A DNA stretch of 64,000 nt from Macrostomum lignano (taxonomy: Eukaryota). The stretch lies in contig NIVC01000608.1 of NCBI GenBank assembly GCA_002269645.1, positions 373,350 through 437,349 of the forward strand, written 5' to 3'. Under the pieces are notes generated by a model. The model was not told the origin of the DNA and did not search any database. It worked only from the letters and a program-made list of their open reading frames with translations. Position numbers and translations under genes: made by a program. Below are positions 1 through 12,490 of the stretch, one piece after another (the first letter of the stretch is position 1; every line of letters starts with the position of its first letter).

Positions 1-657
1 AATAAAGCTAAACCCTAGTCAAGCCCTAGGTAGGCCAAGGCCATACTCATGACAAATGTGAAAATTTTGGATATTTTGATTATGAAGTATAGACTAAGCC
101 TATATAGCCTAATATAAGTTTACAAGGCAGTAGGAGGCAAAAATGCACAAAAATCAGTTATATTGTACTCCCAGACTTAGACTCACTTAGCTAATTATAA
201 CCATGTATAGCTAAGCTACAAAGTAAAAACAAAAGCTGATGCAGCACAACGGTTGTAAGTATGTGCAAAAAATGATACGTGCATACTAACTAATTACTAA
301 AAGGCAAGGACCTTAGGTCCTTGCTAAAGGGTTACAAAAGTGTAGTTTCAAAGCTCCGGGCTTTATTTTAATTGTTTTAACAATTTTAACCGAAGAAAGT
401 TATAGAAAATCCTAAATTACTCAGATTCGTACCGCGGTTATAAATTTCTTAAATCTTTCTTGAATATATTTTTATTGTTTTAATATTTTTCACGGAAACA
501 AAATTTGGCAAAATTCGATTTAATAATGCGCGGATAGAAATTTCAGCATGCATCTCGTAGTGCGAATTGCTTCTCTTTTTTCTGCTATTTAAATTGCGTA
601 CAATAGCTTAGTTAAAAAATCTACTAAAACTTTCAATCACAATATATTTCTAATACA

Positions 658-2795
658 ATGCCTACATTTGGTGGCTCACCTACATGCCCAGCCTGCAAGA
701 AGAAAGTGTACTTTGCGGAGGAAGTGAAATGTCTTAGGAATTCGTACCACAAATTTTGTCTGAAATGCTGTAAGTAAATTTCTATAGCATTTCCCTTTTT
801 GGATTAAAAAACAAGTTTATGCTCACGATTTAATTGTAGCAGAGATTGCATATTTACTACTTAAAAGTCGCGAGATCAGGAAATATCAAATGAAGCGATT
901 CTTAATTTTATATCTCTGAAAGACTGTGAGGATTAAATCTTATACTTTATTAGGCCTGTGCAATAAGCTGCTTGACTCATCGACGGTGAACGACCACGAG
1001 GACAGGATTTACTGCCGGGCCTGCTACGCTAAGAACTTCGGTCCTAAAGGATACGGCTTTGCTGGCGGAGCCGCCGGACTGCAATCAGAGGGGCAGCCGT
1101 GAGTGCATAGTTCTCTTTAAATCACGGCCTTAGAAACCAACTATAATCGTTTAATCATTTTTATTAACTTCGTGCATTTCGTTTTTACATGTATTCGGAA
1201 CTGATCAAATATTATTTCAGCTTTTCGGTTCAAAAGTAAGTGATTAAAGCTTGAGACTTAAAAGTGACAGGAAAGGTTCAGCAGTCAAACTAAAACAACA
1301 CACGCCCATAAAATAATTTGCACTTTCTAGTTCTACAATTCGATTTCATCAAACCGAATGTTTCGTTTTTCAATTTGCGTACCTGATTCAATTCGACCTC
1401 TTAAATTTTCTATAAAATATTTTTTGCATCGAAAATAAATGACTTAGAAAAGTGAGCAGTTGCGGAGATAAATGAATTTGGTTGAATTATTCACTAAGCA
1501 TGTATAATGGAATTTGAGGCATTTGATTTCCTGTGCTAATATATTGCAATATAGCTTGGCATACATGTAAAGGCTCCAATTCGTCATATAGCAAGTGAAA
1601 CACGAACTTCCTGCCTTCTCCTTGCATTCAGCTGCTAAAATTGCACAACAGGTCGAGTTCCTCAGACACTGGCAATGCCAATATGCAGAGCCTTGCTTCT
1701 TGTTTACTTAAATACTACTTTGCTAAAGACAAACTGGCAGCAAGTCTTTCTCCGTCTATCTTTTTGATTCTCTCTCCAAATGTGTACCTCATGACTCAAT
1801 GCGGTCACATTGTTAATTTTATTCGCGTTGGGCAAAGAGAACAAGCCTCGCGGGACAAACGCCATGAGTGTTAATTGTGACACACAAGCAACACTTGCTT
1901 GCTTTGGCGGAAACCTGAGAGATTTCTCATTCCATTGGCTTTCTCTGAGAAGCCACCCTGCCGACCCAAGGACTTCTAGAAGTCTAGAAGTCCTTGTGCC
2001 GACCACGGCACGTGACAAATTTCTCTCAAATAACACATTTTCTTTGAACAAATATTTCCTGTGCTGAGCTGAACAAATACTGACTGACTGACTGACTGAC
2101 TGACTGACTGACTGACTGACTGACTGACTGACTGACTGACTGACTGACTGACTGACTGACTGACTGACTGACTGACTGACTGACTGACTGACTGACTGAC
2201 TGACTGACTGACTGACTGACTGACTGACTGACTGACTGACTGACTGACTGACTGACTGACTGACTGACTGACTGACTGACTGACTGACTGACTGACTGAC
2301 TGACTGACTGACTGACTGACTGACTGACTGACTGACTGACTGACTGACTGACTGACTGACTGACTGACTGACTGACTGACTGACTGACTGACTGACTGAC
2401 TGACTGACTGACTGACTGACTGACTGACTGACTGACTGACTGACTGACTGACTGACTGACTGACTGACTGATCCAACTTATTTATTTTCAATCTCGCACT
2501 GGTCAGGAACCACGTTGAAAATGTCGCCACGGCCAGACCTTCGCCAAGCGCCGTCAAGTACGGCGGCGGCGGAGAGAAGTGCTCCCGCTGCTCCGGCTCG
2601 GTGTATTTCAACGAGCGCCTCCAGGCCACTGGACGGGTGTTTCACCGGGCCTGCTTCAAGTGCGAGGACTGCTCCAAGCCGCTGGAACCGGGCGGCGAGT
2701 CCGAGCACAAGGGCCAAGTGTTTTGCCGCGGCTGCTACACGCGGAACCACGGACCGAAAGGTTTCGTGACCGGAAGTTCGATGCACGTTTCTTAA
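658..2795 (+). CDS. CSRP: Cysteine- and glycine-rich two-LIM protein (CSRP/muscle LIM protein family)
   Basis: Exons 658-769, 954-1098, (1221-1235 optional), 2507-2795; GT-AG introns, phases 1 and 2 consistent; 181 aa (186 with microexon). LIM1 CPACKKKVYFAEE..HKFCLKCCLC..IYCRACY followed by GPKGYGF; LIM2 CSRC..HRACFKCEDC..FCRGCY followed by GPKGF. Confidence 0.93.
1221..1235 (+). CDS. Candidate 15-nt symmetric microexon in the inter-LIM linker
   Basis: attatttcAG|cttttcggttcaaaa|GTaagt; phase 2 to phase 2; adds F-S-V-Q-K with no stop. Confidence 0.65.
2079..2471. repeat. (ACTG)n microsatellite, about 98 units, in CSRP intron
   Basis: Uninterrupted tetramer array; ends about 35 nt before the acceptor at 2505-2506. 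Confidence 0.99.
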
Positions 2796-2865
2796 GATTA
2801 TCCGACGCATCAACGAAAATTTTGAATTGATGTCTATTCTAGATCACAGATAATGAAGTTGCTAA

Positions 2866-2871
2866 AATAAA
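2866..2871 (+). terminator. PolyA signal of CSRP gene
   Basis: AATAAA about 70 nt after the stop codon. Confidence 0.55.
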
Positions 2872-2992
2872 CACTAAAAGTTATCAATCGACAATCGCAC
2901 ACGCTACGTTTTCTTTTCAAACACCTACCTTACTCTGTTTGAAATCCCAGCCACCAATTTTAATGGCACCACTTCATGCAATATCTTCCCTT

Positions 2993-3640
2993 CAGCTTCC
3001 AAGCCACCTCACTCCCCCAACCCCTAAACAACCCTCAGCTTCACAGCCACCTCACTCCCCCAACCTCTAAACAACCCTCAGCTTCACAGCCACCTCACTC
3101 CCCCAACCTCTAAACAACCCTCAGCTTCCCAGCCACCTCACTCCCCAACCCCTAAACAACCCTCAGCTTCCCAGCCACCTCACTCCCCAACCCCTAAACA
3201 ACCCTCAGCTTCCCAGCCACCTCACTCCCCAACCCCTAAACAACCCTTCAGCTTCCCAGCCACCTCACTCCCCCAACCCCTAAACAACCCTCAGCTTCCC
3301 AGCCACCTCACTCCCCCAACCCCTAAACAACCCTCAGCTTCCCAGCCACCTCACTCCCCAACCCCTAAACAACCCTCAGCTTCCCAGCCAACTCACTCCC
3401 CCAACCCCTAAACAACCCTCAGCTTCCCAGCCACCTCATTCCCCCAACCCCTAAACAACCCTCATCAGTTTCACAGCCACCTCACTCTCCCAACCCCTAA
3501 ACAACCCTTCAGCTTCCCAGCCACCTCATTCCCCCAACCCCTAAACAACCCTCATCAGTTTCACAGCCACCTCACTCTCCCCACCCTACCCTTACCTCAG
3601 TTTCCCAGCCGCCCCACTTCCCAACCCCTACCCTCCCCTC
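2993..3640. repeat. 42-43 bp C-rich minisatellite, about 14 copies
   Basis: Unit cagcttcccagccacctcactcccccaacccctaaacaaccct; degenerates at the right end. Confidence 0.95.
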
Positions 3641-4338
3641 AGTGTTACACAGCCAGATTGAACACGATTGCAGGCATCTGAGAATCTCCTTAACCGTGAA
3701 TCAGCTTGGCAGCAGAAGTCTACAGTGTATAAACTCGTACTTTGCTTCGAATCTTGTATAAACATTTATTTAGCAACACAAGACATTAAATGTTACACAC
3801 GCAAAAGTTTTGATACTACTATAATATGCACATAAAAATACATTGCTAATTAGCACGGTTATAGCTCTCATAACATTCCCTTCTGCAAATATCGAAATAT
3901 AATAGATATTTATGACAACTGATTTCTGTTGAAAGCACTTCTCGTACTCAACAATTCTACTCAATGAAAATACTTTTTTTAACAATCTTTGTTCATTTCT
4001 TACCTGATTTTTTACTATATAGCTAATTCAAATTTTATACAATTAAATAAACAGTTCCGCAGAAACCTATGAAATAAAATAGCAATAAATGCAGGCAATA
4101 TTTACATGCGATTTCGCTGCCTTTTTGCTTACATATAAAAAATTCGCAGACGGTACTACTTACAATACAAGTAGTCTAGTATCTGATATAGTAGATTTAT
4201 TCTACTTTAAATTAGAAATACGGATTTTTTTTAGAAAGCTAACTAACAATCAGCCCCCGTTGGGGAGACAACAAAGAAAGGAATTAAACAGGGGTATTAT
4301 TTACGTTCTCCGGGATTTTATTTTGTTAATATCCAATA

Positions 4339-4370
4339 TACGAGGGGTGTCCCAAAAGTTCCCGGAATGT
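4339..4370 (+). mobile_element. Mariner-like terminal inverted repeat (one end only)
   Basis: TA|CGAGGGGTGTCCCAAAAGTTCCCGGAA resembles mariner-family TIR starts after a TA target; no matching right TIR found. Confidence 0.45.
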
Positions 4371-5887
4371 CTAACGTAGCTCTTCAACGGAGCCATGATG
4401 TTTCACGCCCTTGGTGTCAAATGAAAGGAAGTTTTGTCACGAAGAAAATGAAGTTAAAAGCATGTTGATATCTGTTTTTATTCAGGAGCTGCAGCAAGAA
4501 ACGTGCGCAAAGGTCAGGGGTACTGTTACACAACCTCACATATCACTGAAAATAATTTTTCATCTTCGTTTTTGGATATTTTCATTTTGAATTCGTGCTA
4601 CTAACGTCTCAGAAAGACGTGGTAGTGTCTATGGAAAAAAGCAGAAATGCTCATTAAGCTAATCTGAGCTTTTGCGCGAGTGCAGATAATTCTTACCAAG
4701 CGCTTGCTTTCAACTTGAAATCTCTTTGCCAAATTGGGTTCTCTTCAGAGCCTCGAAAGTCAGCGAAGTCAAGTTTTTGTCCTTTGGTCAGTAGGATGGA
4801 GTGGAGCCAAGATTTCTGACCACTTATTCTCCATCCACGGTGAGAACAGCCTGAAAAAAACTGCCATTTACGAATTTACGAGTTATGATAATTCAAGTTA
4901 TAAGATTTAAGTTTCACAATTCAGTAAAAACTACAAAAAAAATCTTACTACTTATTACTAGTATAGGCAAACACCAGACTTTATACAGAAACTATAATAA
5001 AGAAGTAAAACTATCATGGTACTAAAAATTTTAAGCTAAAACTGCATTGTTACTACCTGAGAGACACAGCGAGAGGCGAGAGCTAATGTGCTTCTAAAGA
5101 AGGCCTATAGCTCTGTTATAAAATATTTGTCTCTGTTGTCTAGGAAACTAAGAGTAAAGAGTAGGGGGAGAAGGCTGTACGTTGACTAGTAAGTTCCTCT
5201 ACTCACCCCTCTTTTCCAATACTTGCTTCCCTATCCCTACTAGAATTCACCTACATAAGCTGCCTGTGAAACACTGGACTCCCAGCTCCCGTGCTTGCAT
5301 AAAATAGAGAATGAATTGCACTGTTTTTCCCACTGTCATTACATGAGCCAATGAGATGGGGGATCTCAGAAAGACCAGAGAGAGAGGGAGAGGGCTGAGA
5401 AGTACAAAAGGACGCAAGTGTGATGGTTAAGAATAGGCTTGCATGGGCTTTATACCGCCATTTCGCCATCTCTCATGAGTTTGATTCTCCCCTGAATAGC
5501 AGGTGGCTGTACAATCAGTTGGTGGTACAGCTGGGCGGGAAGGCATACAGTGCGAGGGGAGCGAAGTGGGCGAGGGAGAAATGGAGAGGAGAGGAAGCGG
5601 GGGGGGAAGGGAATTTCTAGAGCGTGTTTGGCCGGGCCCAGCTGGTGTGACAGGGGGAGCCTGAGTTTGATGCGGACTCGCTGGGCAGCCAGCAAGCAGC
5701 AAAAGCAGCTTCGGCATTGGCTTGCAAGAACAATAAAATTTGGAGCAAACCATTTTCTGGTCAAGCGGCCTCTTCAGCGAAGCCAATGTTTTCAGATTCA
5801 ACGACGTCAATTTGTAGTCACTTTTAAGCACAGTGAGTTCAGTCAGTATACAGTGGATTCCCAAAGCTGACCAGAGAACGCTTAAAA

Positions 5888-6937
5888 ATGGATCGGCATT
5901 TTGATAAGCTGTCAATCTCCGCTAGCGGCCTTCTTGGCGACAGACGCGGCCAGCCACATCACTATCAGACTCAGCAGCCGCAGCCGCAGCTCCAGCAGCA
6001 GCAGCAGCTGCCGCACCATCCAGTCAGGCGTTCGCAGCAGCCAACCAGCGTCTACGACGGCTTCCGCGAGCAGTCCGAGGAGTCGCCGCGCGAGCCCGCG
6101 CGCCAGCGCACTGGCCGGGTTCGACAGTCGCGGAGCAGCACCTGGGGCGGCGGCGACGCTGCCAACGGTCAGCAGCTGCCGTCGGCGATGCCAGCCGAGC
6201 TGGACGAAACTGTCGATCTCCGGCGCCGGGCCCCGTCGCAGGCGGAGAGTCCGAGGACGCCGAGGACGCCGAGGACGCCAGCAGGTGGCGGCAGTCCGCG
6301 CTACGCCGCCTCAGGCGGACACGACGATCAGCACCATCTGGCAGCCATCTCGCCGAGGGGCGCGGCCGGTGCCAGTGCCGTGCCGCATTCGTATCAACGG
6401 CGAGACCGGCATCCCAGCAGTAGCAGCGGCGGCGGCGGCGGCGGCCTGATGTTCACGGAGGACGACTTCCAGCACGCCAGAGAGGGCGGCAGCAATCACT
6501 CGTCGTCGGTTCAAAGCGACGCCGTTTCAGGCTGGCAGCCGCACTCTCGCGGTCCGGAGGACGTCTCAACGCGGCTGTTGCAAAAGTACAAAACGGACTC
6601 AGTTCGGGTGGAAGTTACGGACACAGACAGGCAAAGGCAGCAGCAGCAGCAGCAGCCGCATCATCCAACCACGGGACTGTCGAAGTCGCACGAAGGTTTC
6701 ATCGTGCCGCGTCGGCTGCCACCGCTAGGCCGGGCGAAGCCGGCGGCTGCTCATCAACCTGGCGAAGAGGACAGCGACGAGGATGGCATCGAATGCGACG
6801 GCGGCAGCGATGTTGACGAAGATTCCGTCGAGGAGCATCGGCAGCGGAAGCAGCAGCAACAGCGAAGGCAACATCACCAACGACGGCATCAGGAGGAAGA
6901 TCAGGTGCCTCACAAGGGCCGGACGAGAACCAACTAA
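5888..6937 (+). CDS. Uncharacterised 349-aa low-complexity (Q/H/S/G/D-rich) protein or large exon
   Basis: 1050-nt GC-rich ORF in AT-rich surroundings, codon style like neighbouring genes; frame also open upstream to an AG at 5852-5853; no recognisable domain. Confidence 0.55.
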   Translation: MDRHFDKLSISASGLLGDRRGQPHHYQTQQPQPQLQQQQQLPHHPVRRSQQPTSVYDGFREQSEESPREPARQRTGRVRQSRSSTWGGGDAANGQQLPSAMPAELDETVDLRRRAPSQAESPRTPRTPRTPAGGGSPRYAASGGHDDQHHLAAISPRGAAGASAVPHSYQRRDRHPSSSSGGGGGGLMFTEDDFQHAREGGSNHSSSVQSDAVSGWQPHSRGPEDVSTRLLQKYKTDSVRVEVTDTDRQRQQQQQQPHHPTTGLSKSHEGFIVPRRLPPLGRAKPAAAHQPGEEDSDEDGIECDGGSDVDEDSVEEHRQRKQQQQRRQHHQRRHQEEDQVPHKGRTRTN

Positions 6938-9900
6938 AGGTTTCGATTGAGTTTCAAGCTCCAGGTGGTGCCCCTGGGAACTCCTATTGTGCGAAATCTT
7001 CATTTATGGATAACTACGAGCTATCAAAGTAGGACGATACAATTGCAAATCATGAAAACAAGTTCCCTGTATATATTGACCGGTTTTTGCTTCAAAATGC
7101 ATTAGCGAGAAAGAAACAGTATCTCGCTTTCATAAATTTCGAATTTTAAATGAAGCAAATAGAAGCCGTGGGTTTTGTCCAAGGTTTGGTTCACGTATTT
7201 TTCAAGCTAATATTTGTCTATTGTCTATTGGTAAAATTATAGTTAAAGTTATATAAACGTTTACATTTTTGTTAAATTACTCTAAGGTTAAATAGTCTAT
7301 GGTCATAGTCTATGGTCATATACTCGTATTGTTAAAAAGTTTATGGTCATACTCTATGGTCATAATCTATAAGTCCTTGCTTCGCTTGCCTCTAGACTAT
7401 TAAGTACAGCCTCGGACCTTCTAACCATAGAATGTGAATTATTTTATACTTATTGTATACTCGAACAGCGGGACATTCTATTTAGAAACAATTAGAAGCA
7501 ACGATTTGCAAGTGTTAGTGCCCTTCTACTTTATGCTGTGCAGGTGAATTGCCCCTTCTAGAGGCAACAGAAAATCCTTAACATATGATGCCACTCTGTA
7601 CAGGTGCCACTAAATCTGCTTATAATATTAGAAATAAAAAATGAGCCAAAAGCATCGGCAAACAACAATATGCTGTTTTATCGATCTGTTCCCTTTTCTA
7701 AATTCACCTTTAGTAGTTTATAATTTAAACTTTAGTATCGCTCTGTTTGGCCAATCAGCCAAAGAATGGGTTGTGTCTGTTTCACCCTATTGTTGGACGT
7801 ATAAAGCTTTTTGTTTTAGGACTTTTAGAAGATTGATATTATATATATATTCGACAATAAATTTCACTCTATCTCATAGCAATCAGTTGTTGTCGAAAAT
7901 TGAGTCATCGATGAGAATTTTATTTTTGCACTAAATTTTGCATGTTGCCAAGGTTTCAAATACACATTATAGCCATGGTGAATAATGTCAGTTCCTAAAC
8001 TTATACATGTAGATTAACTTCGTACTTCCAAAACGGCACTGCTACAAGCTCTGCTATTTACACTAGCTGGTTGAGAATTATCTAATGCAAACTTGACTTT
8101 GTTGACATAAATTGTGCGCGTACTGCCATAAGCATGTAAAGCTATAGGGCTAAAGTTGGGATTTGAATTTTTCCTGAGCTGGTTGCAGCGTATCGGAATA
8201 TATGATGGGATCAGGCGTTGTTTTATATTTACTTAGCTACCGTCCATTCTGGAGAGTAGACTGCAGCCCACAATTATAGTTATGTATACCGCGCGCGGCA
8301 ACAAAGATGTATATTATAAAAGCGTTGAACCTCCAATTACAGTGTATTACCTGCAGTTCGTTTTCATCTTAATTTAAAGAACCATTAGTTAAAAGTACGG
8401 GTATAATTTTACCAGTGAAGGCTGGTCATATACATGTCATTTAGACACACTTTTGCATAGTTGCATTGCTAAAATCCGATGAAGCAACTTTTTCGAAGCT
8501 CTCCTCACTCCTCACTGTTGATCGAAGCAGTCGATCAACTTTTTGCATATGGTTCAAAATCATGTAGGGCATGATATAATAACCCAGTAAAACTCTATCT
8601 ACCATAAAAGAATCGCATACATGTAGAGAGAGGATCTTTTATCAAAAGGAAATGGGAAATTTATTGCAGAAAATGATAGAGCTAGCTTAATTTGGTTCAG
8701 CTGCTATCATTGCATGATTTTTAAATTTACAGGCTCTAATAAAAAACTGTCTTTAATTGAATCTACCTCATCATCAGGTCAACCAAAAATGTGTTCTATA
8801 ATAATCCTTAATTCCATAGCAATTTGAGGTAATTAATTGTCCGGCATATGTGCAATATGAATTTTGCAGCAAAATGCGACCAATAATCCCCTTTTCACGA
8901 GTTCCACCAGTGTATACACGATTTTATAATTGAAAAGCAATTGATAGAAACAATTATTAATAAGGAAAGAGAAAATAAAGAGCACAGAAGGGTGATGAAA
9001 TAAATTTGGATGCAACATGCACAAGAGAAACCTGCAAAAAACGAGATTTATCAGCCGACTACACAGATTTCCATGCATACATGTACATGTATACTTGTAT
9101 AACCAAGAAGACTACAACACACTTTACAACATACAGTATAGTACGTAGGACTATTATATTAAGTGCGACTTTAGCTGGGGGTTGGGGGCAAAAATCAGAG
9201 CTGAATTATGGGCGTGAGAGAAAGGGGGGAAGACTTCTAACCGCGGCCTCCGCGCCGAGACTTTGGGCTAGGCCAAACGAGAGAGATCTAGCTAGAGAGC
9301 TTGACGCCAAGACGCGAAAATGAAAACGAGAAAAATAAAATAAAGAATGGCAGCTTAAGATGGAGGCCGACCAGAATGAACCAGCGGCAGGGAGAGGAGA
9401 GGCGGAGCAGGGTCAAGGGACATCGTGATCGGCGCAGCTCACAATACACGCGGAGATGATTTACTAGTATCTACTAGTAAAATCAGTACACAAAGCTTTT
9501 ACTCGGCTCATTATCGTATAAAAACTAGTAAAAAAATATATTTAAAAACGCTTTAACTGTCTCGCACATCTTTCTGTGCCCCCAGATGGATAACCCAAAG
9601 TATGCATCCGGTAGAGTTCAATCTTTAAGCGAAACTCTTAGAATTTTTTACCTCAAAAAGTAAATTTAAACAACTTCCTAAATTCTTTCTGTCTTTTTTT
9701 GGCCTTAGAGCATCTTTTTAAAAGCTCTCTGGTATTTGAATTGTTATACTCAGTGCACATATAATGTTCAATTTTCTTTTGCGTTTAATTTAATTTTAAG
9801 TTATGCCTCACAATTTTAATTTTTTTCGTCGCTGAATGACAGCTGACGGAACGTATGCTAGGGCCTATGCCAAAGTTTAGAACGAAGGGTATGTGATAAG

Positions 9901-11404
9901 TAAATTGAGATTTGGTATAGGTTATAAAATTTTACATTAGGGCCTAAATGATTCCCCTTGTTCTTGCCTTTGGTCTCGACACTCCAGGTCTTTGCGAACT
10001 GTCACAGACTGCCCAAAGATGGCGTCCAAGTATTCTTTGTACTTGGACTTGCTACCTGCTTCTTTCTCTTGCTCATCAGTCATCACGTTGCTCAAGATTC
10101 ATGGAACGAAAGAGCCAAGTTGTGGCCTCTGCACCCCTTATCATTCTCGTTTATGGCTTCTTGAACAAAGTGCAACTGTGCAAGATGCTTTAGAGAAAGA
10201 GCAGGGTAGCACTCCATTATGTTTCGCATTGGGTGGCTGCTGCTGCTTCTTTCAATGGGCCAGGTTTAGGTGTTGATAACAGAAACAGGTCCAAGACCAG
10301 GCATTGCAGGTTTGTATTTAGCATTTTAGAACTTTCAAATTCAACAGAAATACTAAGATTTGGGGGTAAAAAATAATATGACTCTGAAAATAATTAAACA
10401 AACAAAACTGAAGGATAGCCTAAGATTTTTATTATGGCATATTTCAGGCTAGTTGAATTTAAAAAGTTTGTTGTTTGAAACTTGAAGGGGTGTAAGACCA
10501 AGATAGACACACACCAAGATGGCCAAAACATTGAATCTCTAGGCCCTATTATATTGATCTCTTTCAACCATTTAATTAGCAACTTAATAATACTAAAAGC
10601 CTAATAGGCCTAGCTATGGTTATTTTAATTATCATGTTTAATCAATCATAGGCCTATTCATAAATAATGATGCAATAATAATGGATTTGAAACTAAATAC
10701 CCATGTAGTAAAAAACTTTAATCTTTTTCTATAGTTGTGCCAATTTATTCTCTATCATTATATCTATTGAATCTATCACTATCAGTTTAATCAAAAAACC
10801 ATTGCTAGTAGGCCTAGTGCTTAATGATAATAATAGTTGTGCTTAATCCTAGGCCTACTACTAATGGTCACCATGTACGCCTGCCTCTCTTTCCCAATCC
10901 CAATCTGGGCCTAGATGTGTAAAAGGGTTTCAAAATCGACTAACTTTTAGCTGCCATAAGTTTGCTCCACATTAAGTGATCAACTTTAAACTTGATACAA
11001 TTCTTCATTGACTTATATTCTGTCAAAATGTAAAGGTTCAACTCTGTAACTCAACCGAAAAAGAAACTATATGCATGTGAAGTTTGTCTGCTTTTTATGT
11101 TTGTGCCACTCACTCACTCATTCCCCTAGAGCCAGACCAAGGGTCAGGCGATAGGACTGAATGTACATAGCAAATGTATAGTGTTTTGGAGTAACTTTAT
11201 TTATAGCCTTCTCTGCACCCTGAGAATGGAGAGGCTATGTTTAGCCATAACAGTTTAGTGAGAAATTCCAACCACTGCCCTCTGTATTGGCAAACTCTGC
11301 AGCAGTTTAACAGTGGATAGCAATTGGCAAATCAAGGGAATCCAGCATGGTTTGTAAAAGCAAAAAGAGTCTTTCTTTGCTTTTAATTTTTTAATTGTCT
11401 TTCT

Positions 11405-11730
11405 TTTGTAAAAAGAGAAAAAGAGAAGAGAAAGAAAAGAAGAGAGAAAAGAAGAGGAAAGAGATAAGATAAGAGATATGAAAGAGAAGAGAGATGAGGG
11501 AAGATACAAGAAAAGATGGGAGAGAGGAGAGAGAAAATGAAAGAGTAGAGAGGAGAGAGAAAACAAAAAAGTAGAGAGGAGAGAGAAGAAGAGAAAGAAA
11601 AAAAGAGACAAGGGATGAGATAAGAGAGATAAAAGAGAAGAGAGATGAGGGAAGATACGAGAGAAGAGAGGAGAGATAAGGGATGAGAGAGAAGAAAGGA
11701 AACAGAAAAGACAATAGAAATTTTAAAGGA
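11405..11730. repeat. Purine-rich (GA) low-complexity tract
   Basis: Almost pure A/G on the + strand, with internal duplications such as gagaagagatgagggaagatac. Confidence 0.85.
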
Positions 11731-12134
11731 TCCAAGGGATGTAGGGAGAGTCAAGGAGAGACCAGAGTTTGCCAATTAAGTTAGACAGACATTGCCTGAC
11801 ATTCTGCGCAGTACCCCAGCCAACAATATCAATGTTTGCCTCAGATCCTAACTTTACACAAATGTGCTCCATTTTATGTCTACCTCTATCCTACTAACTA
11901 TTAACAAGTTTTTGTTTGTATATGGCCTTAGATTTCAGAATATATGCTAAAGTAGTTCCGGGGATTAGAATTCCCTGGGTTCAAAATCTGTGGGTTTCAA
12001 TAGCTTGTTTTATCTAAAGTAACTTTATTTAATCCCAACATATACATAGGTATACTATAGATGTAAGCTAAAAAAATTCTACTATCATATGCATTAGGAT
12101 GTATGCTAATTATACACTAAAATGGTAGTACCCT

Positions 12135-12490
12135 TGTTGTATGCCAGAAAATCCTGGTATACATGTTGCTTTCTAAACTATGGGTAGTAAAATATATGTC
12201 CAACACCTGTCCAACCTATCCTAACTAGACAGGTGAAATGGCCATGGGCCAAGGTAAGTTGCAAAATTGAAAACACAAAAAACAAAAATTGGGGGAAGAA
12301 AGAAAGGAGAAAAAGAGAAAAGGAAAAGAAAAGAGAAAGAAACAGAAACAGAAGAAAGGAGAAAAAGGCAAAAAAAGTCAAATACAAAGTGAAAATTAAG
12401 TCCTAATTGAGGCAACTAAGTTGCAAATCTGGACAAAACAAAGTTGCTTTGGATAGGTGAAACTTTGAGGTTGGGCATGTATGGGTAGTA
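12135..12490 (+). repeat. Dispersed repeat, copy A (inverted homolog at 31560-31935)
   Basis: agttgctttggataggtgaaactttgaggttgggcatgtatgg is near-identical to the reverse complement of ccatacatgcccaacctcaaaatttcacctatccagtgcaact at about 31568; homology continues through the purine tract and the caggtgaaatggcc block. Confidence 0.85.

Noticed and set aside
1976-2629. SQSV and SVCL/DRQT-type ORFs (also 43873-44728)
   Set aside because: Tetranucleotide microsatellites inside introns.
8445-8600. Short minus-strand open frame (MPYMILNHMQKVDRLLRS..)
   Set aside because: About 45 codons, no homology recognised, no phase-compatible partner exon found.
11255-12415. Hydrophobic F/L/S-rich ORFs resembling membrane proteins (also 31714-32089)
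   Set aside because: Translations of pyrimidine tracts in low-complexity or dispersed repeats.
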